DNA from: a virus
Strand: one strand, 5' to 3'
DNA length: 41,745 nt
Virus record (IMG/VR): IMGVR_UViG_3300045988_173571
Coordinates: 1-41,745 of that record
Part shown: one piece after another, positions 32,981 to 40,222 of the stretch
Layout: each line of letters starts with the position of its first letter
How positions within the stretch are numbered: the stretch's first letter is position 1
The notes under the pieces: model-generated
Seen by the model: only the letters and a program-made list of their open reading frames with translations
What the model was told of the DNA's origin: nothing
The model's database searches: none
Position numbers and translations under genes: made by a program

Positions 32981-33220
32981 TTATTTTTTTATAAAATTTA
33001 TTCCTAAAACTTCGCACAATGCACTTACATCACCAGCACGCATATCATTTCTACCTAATAAGTAAAACCTAAGTCCAAAATAATTTACCTTGCTAATATT
33101 TGCTAGTGTTCTTATATCCATTCCTGTTTCTTTTATTTTGCTAACTATTCTACTTCTAAGCTCATCACTCTTGTCCTTGTTGTAATTTATATTCATGTTA
33201 GTTTCCTCTGCCAAACTCAT
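32981..33220 (-). CDS. Small HTH DNA-binding protein (79 aa), last gene of the early unit
   Basis: GMDIRTLANISKVNYFGLRFYLLGRNDMRAGDVSALCEVLGI has an XRE-like helix-turn-helix pattern. Confidence 0.6.
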   Translation of the reverse strand: MSLAEETNMNINYNKDKSDELRSRIVSKIKETGMDIRTLANISKVNYFGLRFYLLGRNDMRAGDVSALCEVLGINFIKK

Positions 33221-33245
33221 AATATACTATCTATCTTTATTTAAT

Positions 33246-33623
33246 TCACCCATTTATTATTTCTTCTATTCTCTTTATATTTATATTTAATTTATAATGC
33301 TTCTTTTTCGCCCTCAAGAAAAAGCATTTGTTCAATGTTGTATATCTTATCTTAGGATTATTTTTATTATTAGGTATTGCATCTTCTTCTATCTGTACTT
33401 CAACTATTCTTTTTCCCATAATGTCGCAAGTTTCTTTGTTTGGTTTTAGATAAGGGCAATTACTTTTAGTCAAATCACACATAAAGCCATTACCTTCTTC
33501 ATAAAAAGTATTTTTGCAACTCATGTCTTTTTCTTCCTCTCTTGTTGTATTCGGGATATTGCTATCTACCCCATTATCTTTTTTGCTTCTTATCTTATTC
33601 CATATGTTTTTAAATATACTCAT
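33246..33623 (-). CDS. Hypothetical Cys-containing protein (125 aa)
   Basis: The ATG overlaps the upstream stop (ATGA). Confidence 0.5.
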   Translation of the reverse strand: MSIFKNIWNKIRSKKDNGVDSNIPNTTREEEKDMSCKNTFYEEGNGFMCDLTKSNCPYLKPNKETCDIMGKRIVEVQIEEDAIPNNKNNPKIRYTTLNKCFFLRAKKKHYKLNINIKRIEEIING

Positions 33624-33796
33624 TTTGCAAATACTTCCTCTCTTGTGCCATTATCATTTACTAAAAAGAATTTATCATCTTTCTTTTTATCTATCATATT
33701 TGTATTGCTCATGCACATCACAAGCGACCTCAACATTTTTTCCGTTCCAGGGATAACACCTTGAATTATATTTTTATATTCATATACTAATTTCAT
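33620..33796 (-). CDS. Hypothetical protein (58 aa)
   Basis: ATG 33796 is preceded by ggaga at 8 nt. The track start at 33811 is GTG. Confidence 0.4.
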   Translation of the reverse strand: MKLVYEYKNIIQGVIPGTEKMLRSLVMCMSNTNMIDKKKDDKFFLVNDNGTREEVFAK

Positions 33797-33986
33797 TATT
33801 TCTATCTCCACTTTTCTTCAATACTTCTTTCACAAAAACACAGCCTGTGCCTTCATTTTGTATAAACTTATTTTTTACTATCTTCTCTGCTTCTGATATA
33901 CTATTAGCCTTTTGTACTACAGTATATTTAACAACTCTTTTTTCTTTAGTTCTGATTACACTTACTTTTGCAATATATTCATTCAT
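33780..33986 (-). CDS. Hypothetical protein (68 aa)
   Basis: ORF in the operon that overlaps its neighbours by a few nt. Confidence 0.45.
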   Translation of the reverse strand: MNEYIAKVSVIRTKEKRVVKYTVVQKANSISEAEKIVKNKFIQNEGTGCVFVKEVLKKSGDRNNEISI

Positions 33987-34209
33987 CTTTATCTCTTCCT
34001 AAATACTTATTAACTGCTTTTGTTATACCTCTATCACAGCTTGAGCAATAGAATTTTTCTTTGTATACAGTTGTATATTCCATATCTCCATCAACTTCTT
34101 CGCCAAATTCATCAAACCATAAATTTTGTATACTTCTCATAGATTGTTCAGACCTAAATCCTTCTGATTGTTTACAATATGGGCATACAAACGCTTCTTT
34201 ATCTTTCAT
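33979..34209 (-). CDS. Zn-ribbon mini-protein (76 aa)
   Basis: CPYC...CSSC pairs. ATG 34209 overlaps the upstream TGA (ATGA) and follows gaggat. Confidence 0.5.
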   Translation of the reverse strand: MKDKEAFVCPYCKQSEGFRSEQSMRSIQNLWFDEFGEEVDGDMEYTTVYKEKFYCSSCDRGITKAVNKYLGRDKDE

Positions 34210-34982
34210 TCTTCTATCCTCTTCATTAAATATTTTGTATCCCATTTATTGCCACATAATTCAATATTACTTAAAGACTCAAGACTTTCTGTTAAACTAA
34301 AGCTTCTTACCAAAAAACCACAACTTTCATTTTCATATTCTACTATTCCATAATATTCATCATCTATTAATAAAATATCTCCCTCAAATATCTGTTCACC
34401 ATAATAATCTGTTATTACATATTGACTAACTGTATTACTATCAACTTTTATTTTGTCATTTGTACCATAGTCAAAAATATAAGTTTCTCCATCATATATA
34501 AATAATGAACCATGTACCCATTCTCCTTTTTCATATCCTGGTTCATCATATCCAGAAACTTTACCTCTAAATAAAATCGTTCTATGCAAAATCTTATTAT
34601 CATTATTTTTCATTTCATCAACATCTATATCTTCTATATATTCGCCTAACGCATACATATGATAAACAAGAATACATTGAATAACTTTCATATCTTCTGT
34701 AAACTTTATTCCATATTCATCAAAATATTTATAAAACATAGGTATCTGTTTTATAAACTTATCAAGACAATAAAATTCATCTTCGTGATTACTTATACAT
34801 TCGAGAATTTTATTATTTAAGTTTAAAATTCTATTTTTCAATTCTTTATATTGACCTTTTTCTATTTTAACTATTTCATTTAAAGCTATATTATATCTTC
34901 TACATCTATAAACATCTGTATTTATATAGTTATACTTTATATATTCTCTTGTTTTATTTATTGCTTCTTGTATCATTTTCAT
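34206..34982 (-). CDS. YopX-domain protein with an N-terminal extension
   Basis: The C-terminal half ...FRGKV...VDSNTVSQYVITDYYGEQIFEGDILLIDDEYYGIVEYENESCGFLV fits the YopX pattern. Confidence 0.7.
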   Translation of the reverse strand: MKMIQEAINKTREYIKYNYINTDVYRCRRYNIALNEIVKIEKGQYKELKNRILNLNNKILECISNHEDEFYCLDKFIKQIPMFYKYFDEYGIKFTEDMKVIQCILVYHMYALGEYIEDIDVDEMKNNDNKILHRTILFRGKVSGYDEPGYEKGEWVHGSLFIYDGETYIFDYGTNDKIKVDSNTVSQYVITDYYGEQIFEGDILLIDDEYYGIVEYENESCGFLVRSFSLTESLESLSNIELCGNKWDTKYLMKRIEE

Positions 34983-35062
34983 TTCTCCTTATTCACCTGC
35001 ACTAAACACATCAATAACACTCCCATAAATCCGCCAAACATAAACATCAAAATGTATCCCAT
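34979..35062 (-). CDS. Possible 27-aa hydrophobic micropeptide (MGYILMFMFGGFMGVLLMCLVQVNKEK)
   Basis: GGAGTG lies 5 nt before ATG 35062. Its TGA overlaps the ATG of the YopX gene. Fills the 35066-34983 gap. Confidence 0.3.
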   Translation of the reverse strand: MGYILMFMFGGFMGVLLMCLVQVNKEK

Positions 35063-35066
35063 ATCA

Positions 35067-36035
35067 TCACTCCTTTTTGTATTTCCAGTTACCTGAATAA
35101 TAATCTTCAAATCTATCAATACTTTTAAAAATGTATTTACAATTTACATATCGTTGTAATTTCTTTACATTCTTTGGAGCATTTGGTTTATCGTATATCA
35201 TTACGTAAGGTTCAAATCCATTATCTCTAAGCCAATAAACCCTGTTTAAATCATCATCAAAACTACTCCAGTAATTAGTTAGTACATAAACTCTCATTTT
35301 TTCTGGTCGATAATTTAAGTTTTGCCTAATGAAATATAGATAATCTTTCATTTTTTCTGTTCTAGGATTATCCCATGCAAAATGTATCATCTTTATCTTC
35401 ATTTGTTGAATAAGTTTTAGATTGCTCAAATTTGTACATCTTGCATCTAAGCCTTGTGTAAAATCTATCCATGCTTTACTCTCTACTAATTGTTCTAGTA
35501 GATTAATATGTTCATCACACGCAAGTATATTTGGATCCAACAATTTTATAATAGATTGGTCTTCATAAAACTCATATAAATCAGCTACTTTGATTGATTT
35601 ATTTCCTTCTTTTCCGCTAACTATACAGAAAGGGCAACTACGAGGACAACCACGAGTAAGAAAACCATATGCTATATCTTTAAACTCATCATATAATTCA
35701 TAATCTGGATATATATGTTCTATTTCAGGTGCTAATTTTTTAATGATATTTTTATCATCAATATCACTGACACCTGTTCCACCTATCATCACGCCCATAC
35801 CATGAAGTTTAATCGCTACATTTCTATTATCTGTAAAAACACAAGCACCATATATACTGTCATATTCATTATCAAACCACATTGGCTGACCATTAAGTAT
35901 TGCAGTTTTATCAGCTTTTGTAAGTTTTATAAAATCAACATCATTATCATTTTGTTTAAGAAATGCCGATAACTTCATCAGCGATAAGTTGGGGAAATTA
36001 TGGCTATCAATATCAATTAATAATACTTTTTTCAT
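35067..36035 (-). CDS. Radical SAM enzyme
   Basis: GCPRSCPFC gives the CX3CX2C 4Fe-4S/SAM motif after a Rossmann-like N-terminal region (KVLLIDIDS...NLSLMKLSAFLKQ). Confidence 0.75.
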   Translation of the reverse strand: MKKVLLIDIDSHNFPNLSLMKLSAFLKQNDNDVDFIKLTKADKTAILNGQPMWFDNEYDSIYGACVFTDNRNVAIKLHGMGVMIGGTGVSDIDDKNIIKKLAPEIEHIYPDYELYDEFKDIAYGFLTRGCPRSCPFCIVSGKEGNKSIKVADLYEFYEDQSIIKLLDPNILACDEHINLLEQLVESKAWIDFTQGLDARCTNLSNLKLIQQMKIKMIHFAWDNPRTEKMKDYLYFIRQNLNYRPEKMRVYVLTNYWSSFDDDLNRVYWLRDNGFEPYVMIYDKPNAPKNVKKLQRYVNCKYIFKSIDRFEDYYSGNWKYKKE

Positions 36036-36036
36036 A

Positions 36037-36438
36037 TCAACACCCCAACAAAAAGCACGATGTATGCTCTTTGGATATATTTATTTTTCTATATTCATCT
36101 TGTTTTAATGGCTTAGCATTTCCGATGCTTTGCTCATATTTTGCTTTAGCTAGTATTTTTTCTATATTTGGATATAAAGAATTTAAAATTCCATAATGCA
36201 ATCCTGTTACTTTAGCTATAGCAGAAACTATATCCATTCTTTTTATTTTTGGCTCTTTAAGCTTTTTTATTTTTTCCGCTTTTACTATTCCCCTATATTC
36301 ATATCTACATTTATCACTGCAATAAATTCTATTCAAACATCTCGTTTCAAAAATTTTTCCACAGTTTTTGCAGATTACTACTTTTACTCGCCCTTTCCAA
36401 GATTTTTCTCTGTCTAATACATCACTCATCATGTTCAC
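36037..36438 (-). CDS. Zn-ribbon protein (133 aa)
   Basis: CKNCGKIFETRCLNRIYCSDKCRYEY motif. Immediately downstream of rep. Confidence 0.55.
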   Translation of the reverse strand: MNMMSDVLDREKSWKGRVKVVICKNCGKIFETRCLNRIYCSDKCRYEYRGIVKAEKIKKLKEPKIKRMDIVSAIAKVTGLHYGILNSLYPNIEKILAKAKYEQSIGNAKPLKQDEYRKINISKEHTSCFLLGC

Positions 36439-36479
36439 CTCATTTTTTATTTTTTTTGTAAAGTAAATCCTAGAGCAAA

Positions 36480-37382
36480 TTAGCTCGTATTGCTTTTGCT
36501 TCTAGGCTTTTTGTATTTTATTAAGAAATTTACTTTGTTTAAATCCTGTGTAAAGTAGATTTCTTTTTTGAGTCTTTTAGCTTCCATTTTTTCCTGCAAG
36601 TTTATTCGCCTTGTAGGTTTATCAATTTTTATTAGTCTGTAAAATTGGTATTCATAATCGCTTTCTCCGTTACCGAATGTATAAATACCATTTATAAGAC
36701 TGTTTTTGTCCAGCATGTATCCTTTTGGAATTCTTGGTTCTCTTAGCCAATATTTCCTACGCACAATAACGCTAGTAACCTGCGGTTTTCGCAAGTTTTT
36801 GCTAGCGTTGTACCTTTTTTTATATATAGTTGGAGCAGTAAAGAAAGCATTTCTATTTTTCTTTACCATATAATTTGCGAGGTCTTCGGCATCTGTTATT
36901 TGTCCGCCATAGATTTTTACAGATACGAAGCCATGACCCCAAAGATTTTTTATATCCGTTGGATTTACCTCACAGCCTTCAACTTTTAAAAGCAAATGAT
37001 GGTGAATTCTCTGCTGTTTTGAAGTACATTCCGTACAAAATATATACTTCACCACAGCATTTTTCTTTTTATAGAAACGAATTAGCTTCTGCCTAAAATT
37101 AGCCAAATGCTTTTTTGCTTCTTCTGGTGTCGGTTCTTTTTTATTTTCCTCTTTCTTATCTTTATAAGTTAGAGATAGAAATAAATCCCCATCACCAAAA
37201 TTATTTAGAATAAGAAGCCTTAACAAATTTATAGAATTCTTGTTGTTTACTTCTTCTTGTGCCAAAGGAGTAAGTCCCATTTTTGGGCTTCTTATATTAT
37301 TCTTTACAGGTAATTTCTTGGTGTAATATATCTCCAAGATATTATTATTATTTATACTTGTCTGTTTCTTAACATAAGACAT
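36480..37382 (-). CDS. HUH rolling-circle replication initiator (pC194 / phiX174 A superfamily-like)
   Basis: Motif 1 FLSLTY, motif 2 RIHHHLLLK, motif 3 LANYMVKK, in the canonical order and spacing. Confidence 0.75.
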   Translation of the reverse strand: MSYVKKQTSINNNNILEIYYTKKLPVKNNIRSPKMGLTPLAQEEVNNKNSINLLRLLILNNFGDGDLFLSLTYKDKKEENKKEPTPEEAKKHLANFRQKLIRFYKKKNAVVKYIFCTECTSKQQRIHHHLLLKVEGCEVNPTDIKNLWGHGFVSVKIYGGQITDAEDLANYMVKKNRNAFFTAPTIYKKRYNASKNLRKPQVTSVIVRRKYWLREPRIPKGYMLDKNSLINGIYTFGNGESDYEYQFYRLIKIDKPTRRINLQEKMEAKRLKKEIYFTQDLNKVNFLIKYKKPRSKSNTS

Positions 37383-37462
37383 ATTGCTTACTCCTTTCTT
37401 TTATTTTTTATGTATTTTTATTTATATAAATATGTACTGCATGATTATTAAAATAATATCTT

Positions 37463-37470
37463 TATCAAGT
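37463..37470 (-). promoter_or_regulatory. ACTTGATA, candidate double-strand-origin nick core upstream of rep
   Basis: Minus strand reads ..ccccttttatgACTTGATAaagatatt... CTTGATA is the nick core of pC194-family plasmids and phiX174. A 7-mer alone is weak evidence. Confidence 0.3.
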
Positions 37471-37473
37471 CAT

Positions 37474-37495
37474 AAAAGGGGCGAGAACCCCTTTT
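37474..37495. terminator. GC-rich hairpin with flanking A/T runs (bidirectional terminator-like)
   Basis: aaaagggg-cgagaa-cccctttt. Confidence 0.55.
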
Positions 37496-37532
37496 AAAAA
37501 AGACCTGATAAAGATTTTACTTTTCTATTTTT

Positions 37533-37688
37533 TTAAAGCTTATTAACTTCTACAATTGGTATAAATACATCATCAGAAATGATTTTTACCGACATTTGGT
37601 CGATAATGATTTTCTGATGCGTATTTCCATTTTCTCTAAGATATTTGACTAGTGGCTTTGCCACTTCTTTTAACTCTTTTAAATCCAT
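37533..37688 (-). CDS. Hypothetical early protein (51 aa)
   Basis: gaggaag lies 7 nt before ATG 37688 (MDLKELKEVAKPL...). The longer track ORF has no RBS. Confidence 0.45.
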   Translation of the reverse strand: MDLKELKEVAKPLVKYLRENGNTHQKIIIDQMSVKIISDDVFIPIVEVNKL

Positions 37689-37938
37689 ATTTAATCTTCC
37701 TCTCTGCATGCATTCCCAAAGACTGCACCGCCAATAATATTCCATAATTATGTACAATCTTGCGAAGTTATTTTACCTTCATTAATTTTCCATATCCTAA
37801 TCTGTACATAATCATCACTCCTTTTATTAAGTAGACAAGCCCAGCAAATTTATATTTACTTTTTTACTTTTTAGAGATAGGGTTTGGGTGCGTTGCTGGG
37901 CTTGTATTACTCAATAAAACCATAGTTATTAAAATAAG

Positions 37939-38031
37939 TGTTATAATAACCAAGACAAAGCTTTCTTTATTTCTGCAAGTAGATATATAACTTATCTCAA
38001 AATCTCTCTATATATCTACTTGCATTTTTTT
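37939..38031 (+). ncRNA. Candidate cis-antisense small RNA within the early leader
   Basis: Extended -10 TGtTATAAT (37939-37947), then a perfect 15-bp hairpin gcaagtagatatata (37975-37989) / tatatatctacttgc (38009-38023) followed by a T-run. Confidence 0.4.
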
Positions 38032-38046
38032 AACTAAAAATAAACC

Positions 38047-38199
38047 TCATGCAATTTTTTCTTCTTTAGCTATTTTTAAACCAATAGCAATACCTTTAAG
38101 AAGAACCATATCTTTTCCCTGTTCCTTATATTTTTTAAGATTAGGAATTACATCTTCTAATAGTTCTTTTTTTATTTCATTTAAATCTTGATTTTTCAT
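38047..38199 (-). CDS. First early ORF (50 aa) in the Cro position; no obvious HTH
   Basis: aaggagtg lies 6 nt before ATG 38199. MKNQDLNEIKKELLEDVIPNLKKYKEQGKDMVLLKGIAIGLKIAKEEKIA. Below the track length cutoff. Confidence 0.45.
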   Translation of the reverse strand: MKNQDLNEIKKELLEDVIPNLKKYKEQGKDMVLLKGIAIGLKIAKEEKIA

Positions 38200-38212
38200 A
38201 ATATCACTCCTT

Positions 38213-38318
38213 GTGTTATTAACACATTTGAATTTATCCTAAACACATTATAATAAATATTTTTTGTGCTGTCAACACATTTTGAATATTTATTATTTTT
38301 ATTTTGTGTTGACAACAC
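38213..38318. promoter_or_regulatory. Three 13-bp operators GTGTT-N3-AACAC of the lysis/lysogeny switch
   Basis: O1 gtgttattaacac (38213-38225), O2 gtgctgtcaacac (38266-38278), O3 gtgttgacaacac (38306-38318), plus a half-site aaacacatt at 38241. Confidence 0.65.
38247..38275 (-). promoter_or_regulatory. Early promoter (consensus)
   Basis: Minus strand reads TTGACA (38275-38270), 17 nt, TATAAT (38252-38247). O2 overlaps the -35. Confidence 0.7.
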
Positions 38319-38337
38319 ATTTTAAATATATGATAAT
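38309..38337 (+). promoter_or_regulatory. Repressor promoter
   Basis: TTGACA (38309-38314), 17 nt, GATAAT (38332-38337). O3 overlaps the -35. Confidence 0.6.
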
Positions 38338-38357
38338 ATATACAAGGAGGTGTTAAT

Positions 38358-38855
38358 ATGCTAGATGAAAATATAAAAGAGCGTATAAAGGAAATAAGAA
38401 AATATTACCAATTAAATCAAGACGATTTTGGAAAAAAACTTGGTATAACTAGAAGTGTAGTTGTTAATATTGAATTAGGTAGAGCTCCAATAAAGAATTT
38501 ATTAATAGACCATGTTTGTGATATCTATTCTATTAATAAAGAATGGTTATTATATGGAGCTGGTGAAATGCTTAAAAGTACAGAACAAAATTTGCTAAAT
38601 GACCTAGTAAAAGAATTCGATTTAGATGAAGATGAATTATCAATTATAAAAAGCTATATAAATCTTCCTAAAATTCAGCGTAAAAATTTTGTTTCTATTT
38701 TAAAAGCTATGGTAAGTCCTTCTGATGAAGAAAAAACTTACGACGAAAAGCTTAATCAAGTCGCTGATGAACTTAAGGTAACAGAGAAAAAAGGAACATA
38801 TCAAGTTTCCACTACTACAAATACTACAAACAGTTCCACAGAAAAAAGGGCATAA
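38358..38855 (+). CDS. XRE/CI-like repressor
   Basis: IKEIRKYYQLNQDDFGKKLGITRSVVVNIELGR is an XRE HTH. Has a C-terminal extension and RBS aaggagg. Divergent from the early unit. Confidence 0.85.
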   Translation: MLDENIKERIKEIRKYYQLNQDDFGKKLGITRSVVVNIELGRAPIKNLLIDHVCDIYSINKEWLLYGAGEMLKSTEQNLLNDLVKEFDLDEDELSIIKSYINLPKIQRKNFVSILKAMVSPSDEEKTYDEKLNQVADELKVTEKKGTYQVSTTTNTTNSSTEKRA

Positions 38856-38859
38856 AAAA

Positions 38860-38888
38860 AGACCACCTATAATGGTGGTCTTTCCTAT
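38860..38888 (+). terminator. Intrinsic terminator after the repressor gene
   Basis: agaccacc-tataat-ggtggtct followed by a T-rich tail. Confidence 0.6.
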
Positions 38889-39044
38889 TATGTAAAAATA
38901 CCACCCAGATTTGCATATAATCTAGGTGGTATAACTTGCATCACAATAATTGTTTTTGTAAATAATAAAACTTCGATTTTGCACATATTTAATTTCTACT
39001 AACTATACCATTATTTTACATATTTGTCTACAATTTTCTTAAAA

Positions 39045-39073
39045 TTTACTATATTATATTAAAGTTATATAAT
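39045..39073 (+). promoter_or_regulatory. Promoter of the two-gene moron
   Basis: TTTACT, 17 nt, TATAAT (39068-39073). Confidence 0.55.
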
Positions 39074-39094
39074 AAAACAAAAAGGAGTATTGCC

Positions 39095-39601
39095 ATGAAA
39101 AAAAGTATTATTTTATTAATATTATCATTTTTTATCATTATCCCAACATCTTTTGCTAGTACTAAAATAAAGACTGAAAATTGTACAGTATTTTGGGATA
39201 TATCACCATTAACTACAGAAATAAGCCTTGGATATTCTAGTATAATAATAACAACGCCTTTTTATAGCAGTTATTTTTTAGAATCAGAAAACAATGAGTA
39301 CTTTAATATCCATGACATATTCTATGTTCCTTATAACGTAAATTCAAAAAACTTTTTAAATGAATGGGAAAACAATATAAAAAACAAGTTTAATAATATT
39401 ATATATATAGAAAAAATACCTATAAAAAATGGAATTATTTATATACTAAGAAATACCAATAATACTAAAGAAATAAAGACATATTATTATAAAAATGGTA
39501 GAGTTTATTCTTGTTTTATTTCTTTTTATGATAGTAGTATATCTTTAAATCAATTAAAGGACTTTGCATACAAAGCAATAGAAAGCATTTATCCAAACTA
39601 A
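39095..39601 (+). CDS. Secreted protein (168 aa) with a cleavable signal peptide
   Basis: MKKSIILLILSFFIIIPTSFA/ST. RBS aaaggag. Confidence 0.65.
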   Translation: MKKSIILLILSFFIIIPTSFASTKIKTENCTVFWDISPLTTEISLGYSSIIITTPFYSSYFLESENNEYFNIHDIFYVPYNVNSKNFLNEWENNIKNKFNNIIYIEKIPIKNGIIYILRNTNNTKEIKTYYYKNGRVYSCFISFYDSSISLNQLKDFAYKAIESIYPN

Positions 39602-39618
39602 TAAAGAGGACTTTCATC

Positions 39619-39900
39619 ATGTATAAACAAAAACAAAAATTTTATGAATACGTAACAAATAAAAGATTATATACTGATAAAGATTTATTTTTTCCTAAAT
39701 TTTTAATAATACTTGGTATCATATTTGTAGTATCTATTCTAATAATAAATCTATTTTCTGATTGGGACGATATCACCTTTTTAAATAATCTAACTTATGC
39801 TTTAGCATATTTAGCATTTGTCGGTATAGCATGTTTTTACCATATTTTATCCATACTATATAAAGTTTTAGATGCCTTAAAAAAAGAAATAAATAAATAG
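39619..39900 (+). CDS. Small membrane protein (93 aa, two TM helices)
   Basis: FLIILGIIFVVSILIINLF and LTYALAYLAFVGIACFYHILSIL. Confidence 0.6.
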   Translation: MYKQKQKFYEYVTNKRLYTDKDLFFPKFLIILGIIFVVSILIINLFSDWDDITFLNNLTYALAYLAFVGIACFYHILSILYKVLDALKKEINK

Positions 39901-39958
39901 TGTTCCACGTGAAACATTTAACTTCATATTTTGTAAGAAATAGGAAGTAAAAATATCA

Positions 39959-40005
39959 AGGTAGATGCTAGAAACACAATATCTAGTATCTACCTTTTTT
40001 ATTTT
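39959..40005 (+). terminator. Intrinsic terminator of the moron
   Basis: aggtagat ... atctacct followed by ttttttatttt. Confidence 0.65.
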
Positions 40006-40102
40006 GCCAAAAATATGTATTCTCTAAATGGATTTTATCAAAAATTTGACCGAGTTTGATTGACTCTGCCAAAAATACTATATATTGTGTTTTATTCTAA
40101 AT

Positions 40103-40158
40103 TTATATTATTTTTATGGTATTTTTATATTATTTTTCTATTGACATTATATTATTTA
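40103..40158. repeat. Three direct repeats TTATATTATTT(T) with an exact 22-bp period
   Basis: Copies start at 40103, 40125 and 40147. A fourth copy is at 1413 in the AP2 promoter. Confidence 0.55.
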
Positions 40159-40169
40159 TATGGTATTAT
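40141..40169 (+). promoter_or_regulatory. Promoter of the acidic-protein gene
   Basis: TTGACA (40141-40146), 17 nt, TGgTATTAT extended -10. Confidence 0.6.
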
Positions 40170-40222
40170 ATAAGTGTAGTAAGGAACTACAAGAAATAAA
40201 TAACAAAAAGAGGTAATTAATC

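Noticed and set aside
39901-39916. The near-palindrome GTTCCACGTGAAAC just after the 93-aa gene.
   Set aside because: It is imperfect (two mismatches), occurs once and has no associated promoter, so it is probably incidental.
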